DNA from: an uncultured Saprospirales bacterium
GTDB lineage: Bacteria > Bacteroidota > Bacteroidia > Chitinophagales > Saprospiraceae
Assembly (NCBI GenBank): GCA_964021975.1
Contig: CAXIDD010000001.1
Coordinates: 1 to 32,228, forward strand
Length of the DNA: 32,228 nt
Reading direction: 5' to 3'
Part shown: positions 23,497-32,228 of the stretch, piece by piece
How positions within the stretch are numbered: the stretch's first letter is position 1
Layout of the letters: every line of letters begins with the position of its first letter
Notes under the pieces: model-generated
Told to the model about the DNA's origin: nothing
Seen by the model: the letters and a program-made list of their open reading frames with translations, nothing else
The model's database searches: none
Position numbers and translations under genes: made by a program

Positions 23497-23883
23497 AACA
23501 AAATGTTTAGTACATAAAAGAATTCGGTAAATCCGAATTAGGGTTCAGGTGGTTGGTTGTCAAACCGTTTTAAATTAATTTTGGATATATATACACTAAA
23601 TAAAAAATCATTAACAAGACTGCAAAGCTATGCGCTTTTTCATTTAAAGTCAATTGACCTTAACAGTTCAACCTTGTTTTTGACGAATAAGAAAAATAGA
23701 AATGCTTAATAGATGTTCTGAATAAGGATAAAAAAAATAAATAATGTTGTGGAATATGTTCGGAGACAAAATTAAAGCATTATCAGCTTAGATGCTGGAA
23801 AAATATCCCAAACAAAGGTGTTTAAGATTTATTTAACATTTTTTTATGTAACGAATCTACAAAAAGTACGTTTTAAAGGGTTT

Positions 23884-24249
23884 TTACTCCAAATTAAGGC
23901 TATCCAGTCGAAGACTATCCAGCCGAATAGAGTCAATTATGGTATCAAAGAGCGGTGCAATAGGCCGTGTATCTTGTACAATTCGTATTTCTGGACGAGC
24001 TGGTTTGGGAATAAAGCTGGTATCTGTAGGCTGTGATTCTAAAAAAATCAACGAATCAACAATTAAATTTGCCTTGATTAACAGGTTTTCACTACAGCGT
24101 TCTAGTCTAATTTTCCTATAGTTCACTAAACGTTTTTCTAACTCCTCATCCACCAAAGCCTGTAATTCTTCCGGTGAGAATTCTTGCCGGTCCAGACAGG
24201 CACTGGTACAACAGGCTAGACCTATCAGAAAAAGTAGCATTCTTTTCAT
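23884..24249 (-). CDS. Small lipoprotein of unknown function (P2)
   Basis: 121 aa with signal plus lipobox LIGLACCTSAC. The ATG overlaps the stop of the upstream ORF (ATGA). The C-terminus carries LDSL repeats encoded by a 15-bp tandem duplication (23900-23929). Confidence 0.6.
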   Translation of the reverse strand: MKRMLLFLIGLACCTSACLDRQEFSPEELQALVDEELEKRLVNYRKIRLERCSENLLIKANLIVDSLIFLESQPTDTSFIPKPARPEIRIVQDTRPIAPLFDTIIDSIRLDSLRLDSLNLE

Positions 24250-24530
24250 TTCTGGTACTTTTGACGTAGACTTTGCTCTTGTAGCCGACGAATCTTTAAT
24301 AAAGAGTCTACGGTAGCATCTAAATTATTGGCGTAATATTCATCACAGAGGCTATCTAACTGAGTTGCTAGACCTTTGACTTCTTGACTATACAAGGTAT
24401 CCAACTGTTCCCATTGACGAGAAGTTAGCTTAAGAGGTGGCGCTTCCTGGCACGCACTCAATTGAATTAAAAATAATGCGAACAGGGCGATACTTACTTT
24501 TGAATAAGTTTTGAATATCCACTTATGCAT
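24246..24530 (-). CDS. Small lipoprotein of unknown function (P1)
   Basis: About 94 aa from ATG 24530, whose start overlaps the lptB stop within GATGCATAAG. The alternative ATG 24554 gives 102 aa. Lipobox LIQLSAC. Confidence 0.55.
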   Translation of the reverse strand: MHKWIFKTYSKVSIALFALFLIQLSACQEAPPLKLTSRQWEQLDTLYSQEVKGLATQLDSLCDEYYANNLDATVDSLLKIRRLQEQSLRQKYQK

Positions 24531-25263
24531 CCAATATTTTTCTTTTAAGTTCAAAATTCTGGCCTAAATAAACCTTACGGACCATTTCATCAGCAGCCAA
24601 TTCTTCTGCAGTACCTACTTTGAGAATATTACCCTCAAACATTAAATAGGCTCGATCCGTAATACTTAAGGTCTCCTGAACATTATGATCCGTAATCAAG
24701 ATTCCAATATTTTTAACCTTCAACTTGGCCACGATCTGTTGAATATCCTCTACTGCTATCGGGTCAATACCTGCAAAAGGCTCATCTAGTAAGATGAACT
24801 TGGGACTCGTTGCTAGAGCTCGGGCAATTTCAGTTCTTCTTCGTTCACCACCCGATAAAGTATCACCCCGGCTCGTACGAACTCGATTTAGGCCAAACTC
24901 CTCAAGCAGTTCCTCCAATTTATGTTTTTGGTCACTTTTAGAGAGTGGGGTCAATTCCAACACCGCTTTAATGTTATCTTCAACGGTTAATTTTCTAAAA
25001 ATAGACGGTTCCTGTGGCAAATAGCCAATGCCCTTTTGGGCTCTTTTATACATAGGAAGGTCCGTGATCTCTTCTTCGTTCAGGAAAACTTTCCCTGCAT
25101 TGGGTTTGATAAAGCCAACAGTCATGTAAAAGGTAGTCGTTTTACCGGCACCATTTGGTCCAAGTAGCCCCACGATTTCACCTTGATGTACTTCAAGTGA
25201 AACCCCTTTCACTACCTTCTTCCGGCCGTAGACTTTTTCTAAGTTGCTACTACGTAATATCAT
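24523..25263 (-). CDS. lptB: LPS export ABC transporter ATP-binding protein
   Basis: 246 aa with Walker [10 protein letters not shown], signature LSGGERRR and Walker [13 protein letters not shown]. Overall it is highly LptB-like ([16 protein letters not shown]...). Confidence 0.9.
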   Translation of the reverse strand: MILRSSNLEKVYGRKKVVKGVSLEVHQGEIVGLLGPNGAGKTTTFYMTVGFIKPNAGKVFLNEEEITDLPMYKRAQKGIGYLPQEPSIFRKLTVEDNIKAVLELTPLSKSDQKHKLEELLEEFGLNRVRTSRGDTLSGGERRRTEIARALATSPKFILLDEPFAGIDPIAVEDIQQIVAKLKVKNIGILITDHNVQETLSITDRAYLMFEGNILKVGTAEELAADEMVRKVYLGQNFELKRKILDA

Positions 25264-25349
25264 AAAACTTAATACTTAGGGATTAGAAATAAAATCCGCC
25301 CTTTGATTTTCAATTCATACGATGACAAAAGTGAACATTTTTCGACATC

Positions 25350-26108
25350 TTAGTCAATGTATTCGAAAATATTTAAGAACCGAAAACCTGCTGTCAACTC
25401 AAAAGTAATATTGGTTATTGACCGCTCTCTTATGGTTATGTTACCTTGAGATGAATCTGGATTTGGGTTAATGATATTATCGATTTGTGGTTGATTATAC
25501 TGTTTGGAAAAATCCGGATTCACGGTAAACTCCAATAAAACGCCTGTAAGCTCTCCAAGCGGGATTTCTATCCCACCACCCAGAGTTGCACCGTAATTAA
25601 ATTTATTAACAAAACCCTCGATTGGGTAAATCAGTGCATAAAAAGGATTAGCTTCTAAATCGAAGTTATCAAAATTGGTACTGATGGTATAATCGCCTCG
25701 GATACCAAACATATAATACAAACTACCATTCAAAAAGTTGCTTGCGTATTTTTGTTTACCACCTAAGGTTATGGAGACATTCCGGAATTCAAAAGGCTGT
25801 GTAAAGCTAGGAAAGGTCCGTCGATTACCATTTTGATCAACCGTAGTGCTACTAAAAGTTCGAATGGCGCTCCCTTTAAGGTGATAACCAGCTTGCGCAA
25901 AAAGAGCAAAACGATTGTCCTCTGGCAAGCTCTCAATAAACGCGATCCCGTGATATCTGAATAAAGCATCTCGTTGGAAAGAGTTATCCCAGTTCTGTGT
26001 TCCAATGGTTAGGCCTCCTTTTAATCCAAATGCATAGCCCTGTCCTTGTACATACATTGTACTACCAATCATTAAAGTCAAGGCCAAAGTCCATCTAAGT
26101 AAGCGCAT
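25350..26108 (-). CDS. Outer-membrane beta-barrel protein (porin-family-like)
   Basis: Signal peptide MRLLRWTLALTLMIGSTMYVQGQ, followed by a Gly/aromatic-rich alternating beta-strand pattern. No specific family recognised. Confidence 0.6.
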   Translation of the reverse strand: MRLLRWTLALTLMIGSTMYVQGQGYAFGLKGGLTIGTQNWDNSFQRDALFRYHGIAFIESLPEDNRFALFAQAGYHLKGSAIRTFSSTTVDQNGNRRTFPSFTQPFEFRNVSITLGGKQKYASNFLNGSLYYMFGIRGDYTISTNFDNFDLEANPFYALIYPIEGFVNKFNYGATLGGGIEIPLGELTGVLLEFTVNPDFSKQYNQPQIDNIINPNPDSSQGNITIRERSITNITFELTAGFRFLNIFEYID

Positions 26109-26128
26109 ATCTTTTGTTTTACGTGTAA

Positions 26129-26143
26129 AAAGCTATTTGAATT
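26129..26143 (+). repeat. Copy C of the recurrent intergenic motif (AAGCTATTTGAATTT)
   Basis: A 15-mer identical to 19391-19405. It lies between two minus-strand genes, 21 nt from the beta-barrel gene's ATG. Confidence 0.65.
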
Positions 26144-26161
26144 TAATAGTATACAAGATCA

Positions 26162-26169
26162 CAAAGATA
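26162..26169 (-). promoter_or_regulatory. -7 box TATCTTTG (minus strand) upstream of the beta-barrel gene
   Basis: The reverse complement of caaagata matches TAnnTTTG and is identical to the xth box. Confidence 0.35.
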
Positions 26170-26212
26170 ATGCTTTTGCGGAGTCTAAGCGGAGTGTGCC
26201 CAAATAAGTAGA

Positions 26213-27580
26213 TTACTTTACCCGTAGTTGTTGGCCTAAGACCAAGGTTACTTTATCCCCAAAATCATTCCAATCTTTTAATTGTTGCAGCGCGGTCTTG
26301 TATTGTTGCGCAAGACTTTCTAAGGTATCTCCAATAACGACTTTATGGTAAATCGCTCCGGAAGAGACTTTTTCAACAGGAGGTCTTTTAGGACTTCCTT
26401 CATTTTCTAAGAGAAAATTACCCACATTAGTCTTTGTGGGTAATACTGTTTGCGGTGCTTGGTTTACGATTGGTTTTTTCGCCATACTTGGCACCGCACT
26501 TCGAGTTGATCCTTGTCCTTGTATGGCTCTCAGAGATGGCGTTGTTTTCACCTTAGAACCTCTTAATTTAATTCGGGCACCGATGGCTGGTTCTGTACCT
26601 ACCACCATCTGATTTCGTTTGTAGAGTTGAGCCAGGCTTATTCCATAGCGTTGAGATAATCCAAACATGTTTTCGCCGGGAGCTGTTTCGTGATAACGTT
26701 GCCGACCTCTGAAGTTTTTGCGTTTTGCCTGGATGTAGATCCATTCTCCACCAGCCAATTCATCCGTTGCCTGCTCTATATTATCATTATATTCCAACAA
26801 CCATTTAACAGGAATTTTCAACTCTTTGGCAAGTTTTTCTAAGGTTTGGCCCTTGGTAGGTACAACAAACTTTACATCATTATTAGATAGTACTTGAAGC
26901 TGACCTATGGTTGTTGGTTTTGGACCTTTTGCAGGGCCATTTGGAGGCATAACCGGTAATCCATTTCCAGTTGACGTGTTGGTGTTATTGTTGGGGAATT
27001 CGGGTCCAAAAGGACTCTCGGTATTGGCTAAAACCAGATCAGTACTAGCCATACGATCATATTTATCAAGCTCCAACTCCTCGATCAAACTGATCAGTGT
27101 TTTATGATAGTGTTTTGCAGTAGCATATCCCGCAGATTTTAGGCCTTTGGCCCAAGCCTTATAATTGGTTCTCTTTAAAGCGAAAAGGCCAGCATAGCGC
27201 GCGTTGCTAATTAGAAAATTGGAATGGGCTACAAAACTTTCTTGAGTACTTGAATACGCTCTAAAACAAGAAGGAACCAATTCCCCCAGCACATAATCAT
27301 CATCTTTCCGATAATAAGTATCTCCTGTCCAACGACCACCACATTTAATGCCAAAATGATTATTTGCTTTGCGGGCTAAAGTACTGGTGCCATAACGAGA
27401 TTCTAAAACCGCTTGAGCCAATTTGATACTAGCAGGCACACCAGTCCGTTCCATTTCCTGAATTGCTAGAGCACTATATCGTTCTATATAGGCGAGCCGT
27501 TCGTCGTCCCCAGCCTGACCTAAAAGCACCTGAAACGGGAGCATTAAGAGTAGAGGTAGAATAGTGATTTTGTTACGCAT
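26213..27580 (-). CDS. GH73 glucosaminidase-domain peptidoglycan hydrolase with three LysM domains
   Basis: Signal peptide MRNKITILPLLLML. Glucosaminidase region GVPASIKLAQAVLESRYGTSTLARKANNHFGIK. Asn/Pro-rich linker. Three LysM repeats: TLEKLAKELKIPVKWLLEYN, MFGLSQRYGISLAQLYKRN, TLESLAQQYKTALQQLKDWN. I prefer ATG 27580 over GTG 27604. Confidence 0.85.
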   Translation of the reverse strand: MRNKITILPLLLMLPFQVLLGQAGDDERLAYIERYSALAIQEMERTGVPASIKLAQAVLESRYGTSTLARKANNHFGIKCGGRWTGDTYYRKDDDYVLGELVPSCFRAYSSTQESFVAHSNFLISNARYAGLFALKRTNYKAWAKGLKSAGYATAKHYHKTLISLIEELELDKYDRMASTDLVLANTESPFGPEFPNNNTNTSTGNGLPVMPPNGPAKGPKPTTIGQLQVLSNNDVKFVVPTKGQTLEKLAKELKIPVKWLLEYNDNIEQATDELAGGEWIYIQAKRKNFRGRQRYHETAPGENMFGLSQRYGISLAQLYKRNQMVVGTEPAIGARIKLRGSKVKTTPSLRAIQGQGSTRSAVPSMAKKPIVNQAPQTVLPTKTNVGNFLLENEGSPKRPPVEKVSSGAIYHKVVIGDTLESLAQQYKTALQQLKDWNDFGDKVTLVLGQQLRVK

Positions 27581-27702
27581 ATCTAGGTGTATTGGTGAGT
27601 ACACAAAATTGATTACTAATTCTTAAACGAAGGGGAACGGGTTACTTATTTAGCAATATATCGACTTTATTTTTTAATTAACGACTTTATTAATGAATAA
27701 TT

Positions 27703-27742
27703 AAAAAGAGGACTTCCCAATGAATGGAAAACCCTCTTTTTT
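27703..27742 (-). terminator. Imperfect hairpin with flanking A/T runs after the M28 peptidase gene
   Basis: aaaaagagg...ttcc..ggaa...cctcttttt. On the minus strand the stem is followed by ttttt. Confidence 0.5.
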
Positions 27743-27768
27743 AACTTTGTCTCAAAGAAACCGACCGT

Positions 27769-29364
27769 TTAATCGTCGTTATCTACCTGATCTACAACTG
27801 GTGCTTTGCTGCGGTTGGCTAGTTCCCAGGCCGTAACGAATACCAATTGAGCTCTTTTCTCCATGATTTCGTACTCAATTTTATCTGGTGTATCTGAAGG
27901 CCGGTGGTAGTCTTCATGGGTACCATTAAAGTAAAAAATAATTGGAATATTGTGCTTGGCAAAATTATAGTGGTCAGAGCGGTAATAGAACCGATTTGGA
28001 TCATCTTTGGAATTGTACTTGTAATCCAACTCTAAATCTTTGACAAACTTTCCAGCTACCGCCTCACTAATGTTGTGTAAATCACTAGAAAGCATCGTTG
28101 ATCCAATGATGTAAACATAATCTGGATCATCTGCGCGGTCAGGATCGACGCGTCCAATCATATCAATGTTTAAGTTGGCAACTGTTTTATCTAAAGCGAA
28201 TATAGGGTTATCAGAATAGTACCTTGATCCTAGTAGTCCTTTTTCTTCTCCAGTCACCGTCATAAATAGGATACTCCGACGTGGACGATTACCTTCTTCA
28301 GCGGCCATTGCAAAAGCATCGGCCATCTCCAGAACACTTACGGTACCAGAACCATCATCATCGGCTCCATTGTTGATTTCTCCATTATAGCTGACCCCTA
28401 CATGATCATAGTGAGAAGTAATCACCAAAACTTCATCTTTCAAATCGGTTCCTTCCATAAAACCTAGGACATTCTCAGAAGGAATGGCTCCATCCCTGTA
28501 ATCATATTTAACGGATGCGGTGGTAGTGTATTTCCCTCCCATAGATTTTCCTTTCTTGATGCTTTTATCAAGGAATTTTTGGAAAGAAGCTGGGCTTTCG
28601 CCAAATAGTCTGGCCACGGCACTTGGACTGGCAATAATAGATGGAGCGGATGCACGGCGCGTATTACCTTGATCTAAGGAAAGTCTTGGTTTAGTCACAC
28701 CTGTTCCATAAAGGCTAATCCGACTTTGGGCTTCTTCTTCAGTAGGAGACATGGTAATTAGGTATTTCACCCCTTTATCCAATAGTGCGCGGTAAGTTTC
28801 ACGGAAACTAGGAAGGTCTTCAAAAAGATCTTCTCCATCTTTACCTTTAGCATCACCACTAATCATTACAACCCCTTTCCCTTTTAGATCTAAACCTGCA
28901 AGGTCATTGTAACCATCTTTTTCAAGGCCATAACCAATAAAGACGAGGCCAGCATTTTCTACTTCTAAATCAGAAATACTTCTGGTAACAAAATCTCTCC
29001 CCAAGCTCCAGGTGGCATTAGGTGAAGAAACCATTACATTAGATACATATCGTCCATAAAAGTTGATGGGTTGTAAATAAGGATTTGGATTGTCTTTAAC
29101 TGGTCCCGAAAGTCCTTTTTTCATAAAGTGACGTGCTATATAATCTGCCGCTTTTTTCTGTCCAAGGGTTCCGGTTTCTCTACCTTCATAATCATCAGAA
29201 GCTAAAATATAGAGGTGGTCTTTTAGCTCTTTAGCAGTAATCGTTTTCATGTATTTTTCCACCTTATTCGCATCTGATTCCAAGCGGATAGATTGAGCGG
29301 AAATGTTGGTAGTCGTACTTAATACAAAGAGTAAGCAGACCAATAATATCCAGGTTTTCTGCAT
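27769..29364 (-). CDS. M28-family aminopeptidase with an inserted PA domain
   Basis: Signal peptide. Zinc-ligand blocks SHYDHVG, ADDDGSG, GEEKGLLGS, NIDMIG and a C-terminal HEDYHRPSD. Confidence 0.9.
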   Translation of the reverse strand: MQKTWILLVCLLFVLSTTTNISAQSIRLESDANKVEKYMKTITAKELKDHLYILASDDYEGRETGTLGQKKAADYIARHFMKKGLSGPVKDNPNPYLQPINFYGRYVSNVMVSSPNATWSLGRDFVTRSISDLEVENAGLVFIGYGLEKDGYNDLAGLDLKGKGVVMISGDAKGKDGEDLFEDLPSFRETYRALLDKGVKYLITMSPTEEEAQSRISLYGTGVTKPRLSLDQGNTRRASAPSIIASPSAVARLFGESPASFQKFLDKSIKKGKSMGGKYTTTASVKYDYRDGAIPSENVLGFMEGTDLKDEVLVITSHYDHVGVSYNGEINNGADDDGSGTVSVLEMADAFAMAAEEGNRPRRSILFMTVTGEEKGLLGSRYYSDNPIFALDKTVANLNIDMIGRVDPDRADDPDYVYIIGSTMLSSDLHNISEAVAGKFVKDLELDYKYNSKDDPNRFYYRSDHYNFAKHNIPIIFYFNGTHEDYHRPSDTPDKIEYEIMEKRAQLVFVTAWELANRSKAPVVDQVDNDD

Positions 29365-29557
29365 TATAATTTTGATATTTGGTAATAAATCGGTGAATTT
29401 ACGTATCCAAGGATAAAGTTCCTAAGAAACAAGTGGCAAATTGTTGAAGTGATGAGTTGTTGCAGTATAATAGGAAGCTAAGCTTACTAATTACACTTTT
29501 AAAAAAATGCATTTAATTCATCCCTTCGCCAATTCAAAAAATCAATAACTCAAACAA

Positions 29558-29749
29558 ATGGCTAAACAGAAAAAAGATCCAACTAAAAAACCCAATGTAC
29601 ATGATGAGCTTAAGGGGTTTAACATCAAAATCAATGAATTTGGAGAAATCATCACTAATCTGGAAATTGATCAACTAAATGCTTTTCTAGATGAAAATGT
29701 GCAAGATAAGAAGTTAAAAGAACGCCTAGATACCTCCGAAGAGGAGTAA
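29558..29749 (+). CDS. Small charged hypothetical protein (63 aa)
   Basis: An ATG ORF in an otherwise empty 510-bp gap, with a Lys-rich N-terminus and an acidic C-terminus. No motif recognised, so coding status is uncertain. Confidence 0.4.
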   Translation: MAKQKKDPTKKPNVHDELKGFNIKINEFGEIITNLEIDQLNAFLDENVQDKKLKERLDTSEEE

Positions 29750-29829
29750 AACCCTGATTAATCTACGTTTATACTACTCAATAGTGCTTCTAATCCATCC
29801 ATTTTGTTGTACAAGAAACAAAATTGACT

Positions 29830-29837
29830 TAGCTTTG
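29830..29837 (+). promoter_or_regulatory. -7 box TAGCTTTG upstream of hppA
   Basis: Matches TAnnTTTG, 38 nt before the ATG. A TTTG lies at 29803-29806. The box overlaps the small hairpin ctttgc-accc-gcaaag. Confidence 0.4.
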
Positions 29838-29874
29838 CACCCGCAAAGTAAAAAATTATAAAAAAGACGAAATT

Positions 29875-32037
29875 ATGGGTCAAACAATCACTTATATAGT
29901 ACCCCTCTTCGGTGTACTTGCCTTATTGTATACTTTCTGGCGCTCCGCTTGGGTTTCTAAACAAGAAGTAGGAACCGATAGAATGGCAAGAATTGCTAAA
30001 AACATTGCGGACGGTGCAATGGCTTTCTTGAAAGCAGAATACCGCGTATTAGCAATCTTTGTAGTTTGTGTAGCTATCCTTTTAGGATTTAGTGGCTACA
30101 ACTCAGAAGGGTCTAGTCCACTAATCGCCCTTTCTTTTATTTTAGGTGCAATTTGTTCTGCCTTAGCAGGGTTCATCGGAATGCGTGTAGCAACTAAAGC
30201 AAATGTACGTACCACCAATGCTGCTCGTACCAGTTTAGGTCGTGCGTTGGAAGTAGCTTTCGCCGGTGGTGCTGTAATGGGTTTAGGTGTTGTTGGTTTA
30301 GGTGTTATCGGTTTAGGTACACTTTTCCTAGCTTATTCCAATATGGGTTGGGACATGGACAAAGTCATTACTGTAGTAACTGGATTTTCTTTTGGTGCTT
30401 CTTCTATTGCTTTATTTGCACGTGTTGGTGGTGGTATTTATACCAAAGCTGCCGATGTTGGAGCAGATTTAGTTGGTAAAGTAGAAGCAGGTATTCCTGA
30501 AGATCACCCATTAAACCCGGCAACTATTGCAGATAACGTTGGTGACAACGTAGGTGATGTTGCAGGTATGGGCGCAGACCTTTTCGAATCTTATGTAGGT
30601 TCTATTATCGGTACCATGGTATTAGGTGCTACTTTTATTGAGCTAAGCCAATTCTCTGGTGATGTCCGATTTGGTGGGCTAAATGCCGTTTTGTTGCCTT
30701 TAGTATTGGTTTGTGCGGGTATCGTTACATCTATCGTGGGTACTTTCTTCGTGAAAGTAAAAGAAGGTGGTGATCCACAAAAAGCATTAAACCGCGGAGA
30801 ATTCATTTCTGCTTTCTTGATGTTAGCTGCTACTATTGGTATCGTCATGTGGATGTTACCTGCAGAGTGGGCAGTTGGCGCTAAAAGTTATAACAACTGG
30901 GGCGTAATTATCGCAGTAGTTATCGGTTTAGCTTCAGGTCTTTTGATTGGTATCGTTACAGAGTTTTATACCGGTACAGGCACCAAGCCAGTGCAAGGTA
31001 TTGTTGATCAATCGATCACGGGTTCTGCTACAAATATTATTGCTGGTTTAGGAGTGGGTATGCGCTCTACAGCTATTCCAATTATCATTTTAGCAGCTGC
31101 TATCATTGGTGCGCACGAGTTTGCGGGTCTTTATGGTATTGCTATCGCTGCAGTAGGTATGCTTTCTAACACAGGTATCCAATTAGCAGTTGATGCTTAC
31201 GGTCCTGTTTCTGATAATGCAGGTGGTATCGCAGAAATGGCTGATCTACCTAAAGAAGTACGCCAGCGTACGGATAAATTAGATGCCGTAGGTAATACAA
31301 CCGCGGCTATTGGTAAAGGTTTTGCTATTGGTTCTGCTGCTTTGACAGCTTTGGCTTTGTTTGCTGCCTTTATGACTTCTGCTGGAATTACAACGATCAA
31401 CATTGCTAACCCAACCGTAATGGCTGGTCTATTATTAGGTGGTATGTTGCCATTCTTGTTCTCTGCCATCTCAATGGGTGCAGTTGGTCGCGCAGCGATG
31501 GATATGATCCAAGAAGTACGTCGTCAGTTCAAAACGATTCCTGAGTTGACTGCAGCATTAGAAGTAATGCGTAGAAATGGTGAAAAAGAATATCCTGAAT
31601 GGTCTAAAGCAGATCAAGATACTTTTGATGCTGCCGATGGCAAAGCGGAATACAGCAAGTGTGTAGAAATTTCTACAGCTGCCTCTATCCGTGAGATGGT
31701 TATTCCTGGTTTGATCGCTGTTGTTTCTCCAGTAGCTATCGGTTTTGCCGGTGGAGCAGAGATGCTAGGTGGTCTTTTGGCTGGTGTAACTGTTACAGGT
31801 GTTTTAATGGCTATCTTCCAGTCTAATGCTGGTGGTGCTTGGGATAACGCTAAGAAAATGTTTGAAGAAGGTGTAGAGATTGATGGTAAGAAATTCTATA
31901 AAGGTTCTGATCCGCACAAAGCGGCTGTCGTAGGTGATACGGTTGGAGATCCTTTCAAAGATACTTCTGGCCCATCTCTAAATATCTTATTGAAATTGAT
32001 GGCAGTTGTAGCATTGGTTATTGCTCCAATGTTGTAA
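29875..32037 (+). CDS. hppA: Membrane-integral cation-translocating pyrophosphatase, K+-dependent subtype signature
   Basis: 720 aa and strongly hydrophobic. Canonical blocks are [60 protein letters not shown] and [24 protein letters not shown]. Confidence 0.95.
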   Translation: MGQTITYIVPLFGVLALLYTFWRSAWVSKQEVGTDRMARIAKNIADGAMAFLKAEYRVLAIFVVCVAILLGFSGYNSEGSSPLIALSFILGAICSALAGFIGMRVATKANVRTTNAARTSLGRALEVAFAGGAVMGLGVVGLGVIGLGTLFLAYSNMGWDMDKVITVVTGFSFGASSIALFARVGGGIYTKAADVGADLVGKVEAGIPEDHPLNPATIADNVGDNVGDVAGMGADLFESYVGSIIGTMVLGATFIELSQFSGDVRFGGLNAVLLPLVLVCAGIVTSIVGTFFVKVKEGGDPQKALNRGEFISAFLMLAATIGIVMWMLPAEWAVGAKSYNNWGVIIAVVIGLASGLLIGIVTEFYTGTGTKPVQGIVDQSITGSATNIIAGLGVGMRSTAIPIIILAAAIIGAHEFAGLYGIAIAAVGMLSNTGIQLAVDAYGPVSDNAGGIAEMADLPKEVRQRTDKLDAVGNTTAAIGKGFAIGSAALTALALFAAFMTSAGITTINIANPTVMAGLLLGGMLPFLFSAISMGAVGRAAMDMIQEVRRQFKTIPELTAALEVMRRNGEKEYPEWSKADQDTFDAADGKAEYSKCVEISTAASIREMVIPGLIAVVSPVAIGFAGGAEMLGGLLAGVTVTGVLMAIFQSNAGGAWDNAKKMFEEGVEIDGKKFYKGSDPHKAAVVGDTVGDPFKDTSGPSLNILLKLMAVVALVIAPML

Positions 32038-32046
32038 TAGCTAGGA

Positions 32047-32078
32047 AGATAGCTGAAGTTTGAAAACTTCAGCTATCT
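32047..32078 (+). terminator. Perfect 14-bp hairpin after hppA
   Basis: agatagctgaagtt (32047-32060) / aacttcagctatct (32065-32078) with loop tgaa. No T-run follows. Confidence 0.45.
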
Positions 32079-32106
32079 ACTAAAAATATAGGTGTAGGAA
32101 AACACC

Positions 32107-32150
32107 AAAAAAAAGTAGAGTCGTTGCAATGCAATGACTCTACTTTTTTT
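32107..32150. terminator. Bidirectional rho-independent terminator
   Basis: A8 run (32107-32114), stem gtagagtc (32115-32122) / gactctac (32136-32143), then T7 run (32144-32150). Confidence 0.75.
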
Positions 32151-32228
32151 GTTTTATCGCCAACCTTCTTCCCGCCTTTATCGTCTAGACAATAAAAAAA
32201 TGATGCCAAAGATATTTGCGCTATTAAT

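Noticed and set aside
23818-24121. Plus-strand ORFs 23818-24036 and 23939-24121
   Set aside because: They are mostly antisense to lipoprotein P2, which has a proper signal/lipobox and a translationally coupled start.
27661-27693. Direct repeat cgactttatt at 27662-27671 and 27682-27691 upstream of the GH73 gene
   Set aside because: Two 10-mers in very AT-rich promoter DNA are well within chance expectation.
30280-30324. Three tandem 15-bp units (ggtttaggtgttgtt / ggtttaggtgttatc / ggtttaggtacactt) inside hppA
   Set aside because: The units are in frame and encode [15 protein letters not shown] within a transmembrane helix. This fits a Gly-zipper helix with biased codons rather than a repeat element or CRISPR-like array.
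30591-31469. Antisense ORFs 30591-30848 and 31197-31469 within hppA
   Set aside because: They lie opposite the most confidently identified gene in the window and are typical antisense open frames of a codon-biased gene.
32200-32228. Possible start of a new plus-strand gene (ATGATGCCAAAGATATTTGCGCTATTAAT, MMPKIFALL...)
   Set aside because: Only nine codons remain before the window ends, which is too little to support a call.
1-32228. Search for CRISPR arrays, rRNA/tRNA genes, transposases/integrases, riboswitches (including a Moco riboswitch near moaD) and classical defence genes
   Set aside because: I found no regularly spaced direct repeats, no tRNA-like cloverleaf segments and no recombinase or nuclease/ATPase defence signatures in any long ORF. 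The 10-nt space before moaD cannot hold a riboswitch. Absence is judged by eye only, so a covariance-model scan would be needed to be sure.

Overview
This is a chromosomal-looking segment, probably from a Bacteroidota genome. Start codons lack Shine-Dalgarno motifs, several TAnnTTTG -7-type promoter boxes are present, and the gene content fits: DUF5916, a DUF1800/DUF1501 pair, PorT-like beta-barrels and LysM murein hydrolases. I support about 34 CDS. They fall into five groups. (1) 2-2134: ECF sigma (5' truncated), TetR, SPFH lipoprotein. (2) 2226-9014: DUF1801, a tightly packed hxlR-mscS-corA minus-strand string, DinB, an alpha/beta hydrolase, DUF5916. (3) 9115-14067: doxX and a sufS-type cysteine desulfurase, an AT-rich antitoxin/PIN-toxin pair, moaD, a convergent xdhC, and a divergent cytoplasmic Asp-box propeller. 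(4) 14160-21548: DUF1800/DUF1501, pth, an alkyltransferase-like protein, kynU, then xth-GNAT-OMP. (5) 21690-32037: a CBS protein, a minus-strand envelope block (M28 peptidase, GH73+3xLysM, beta-barrel, lptB plus two coupled small lipoproteins, SLT+2xLysM), a small ORF, and a membrane pyrophosphatase. I saw no rRNA, tRNA, CRISPR array, transposase, integrase or recognisable defence enzyme. The items most worth a second look are: the orphan sulfur-relay/Moco-maturation neighbourhood split by a toxin-antitoxin insertion; a 165-bp imperfect palindrome filling the xdhC/propeller divergent promoter; two possibly paralogous lipoproteins translationally coupled to lptB; and a 12-17 nt motif found four times, only between genes. 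All functional calls come from reading motifs by eye in the supplied translations, and none has been verified by a search.
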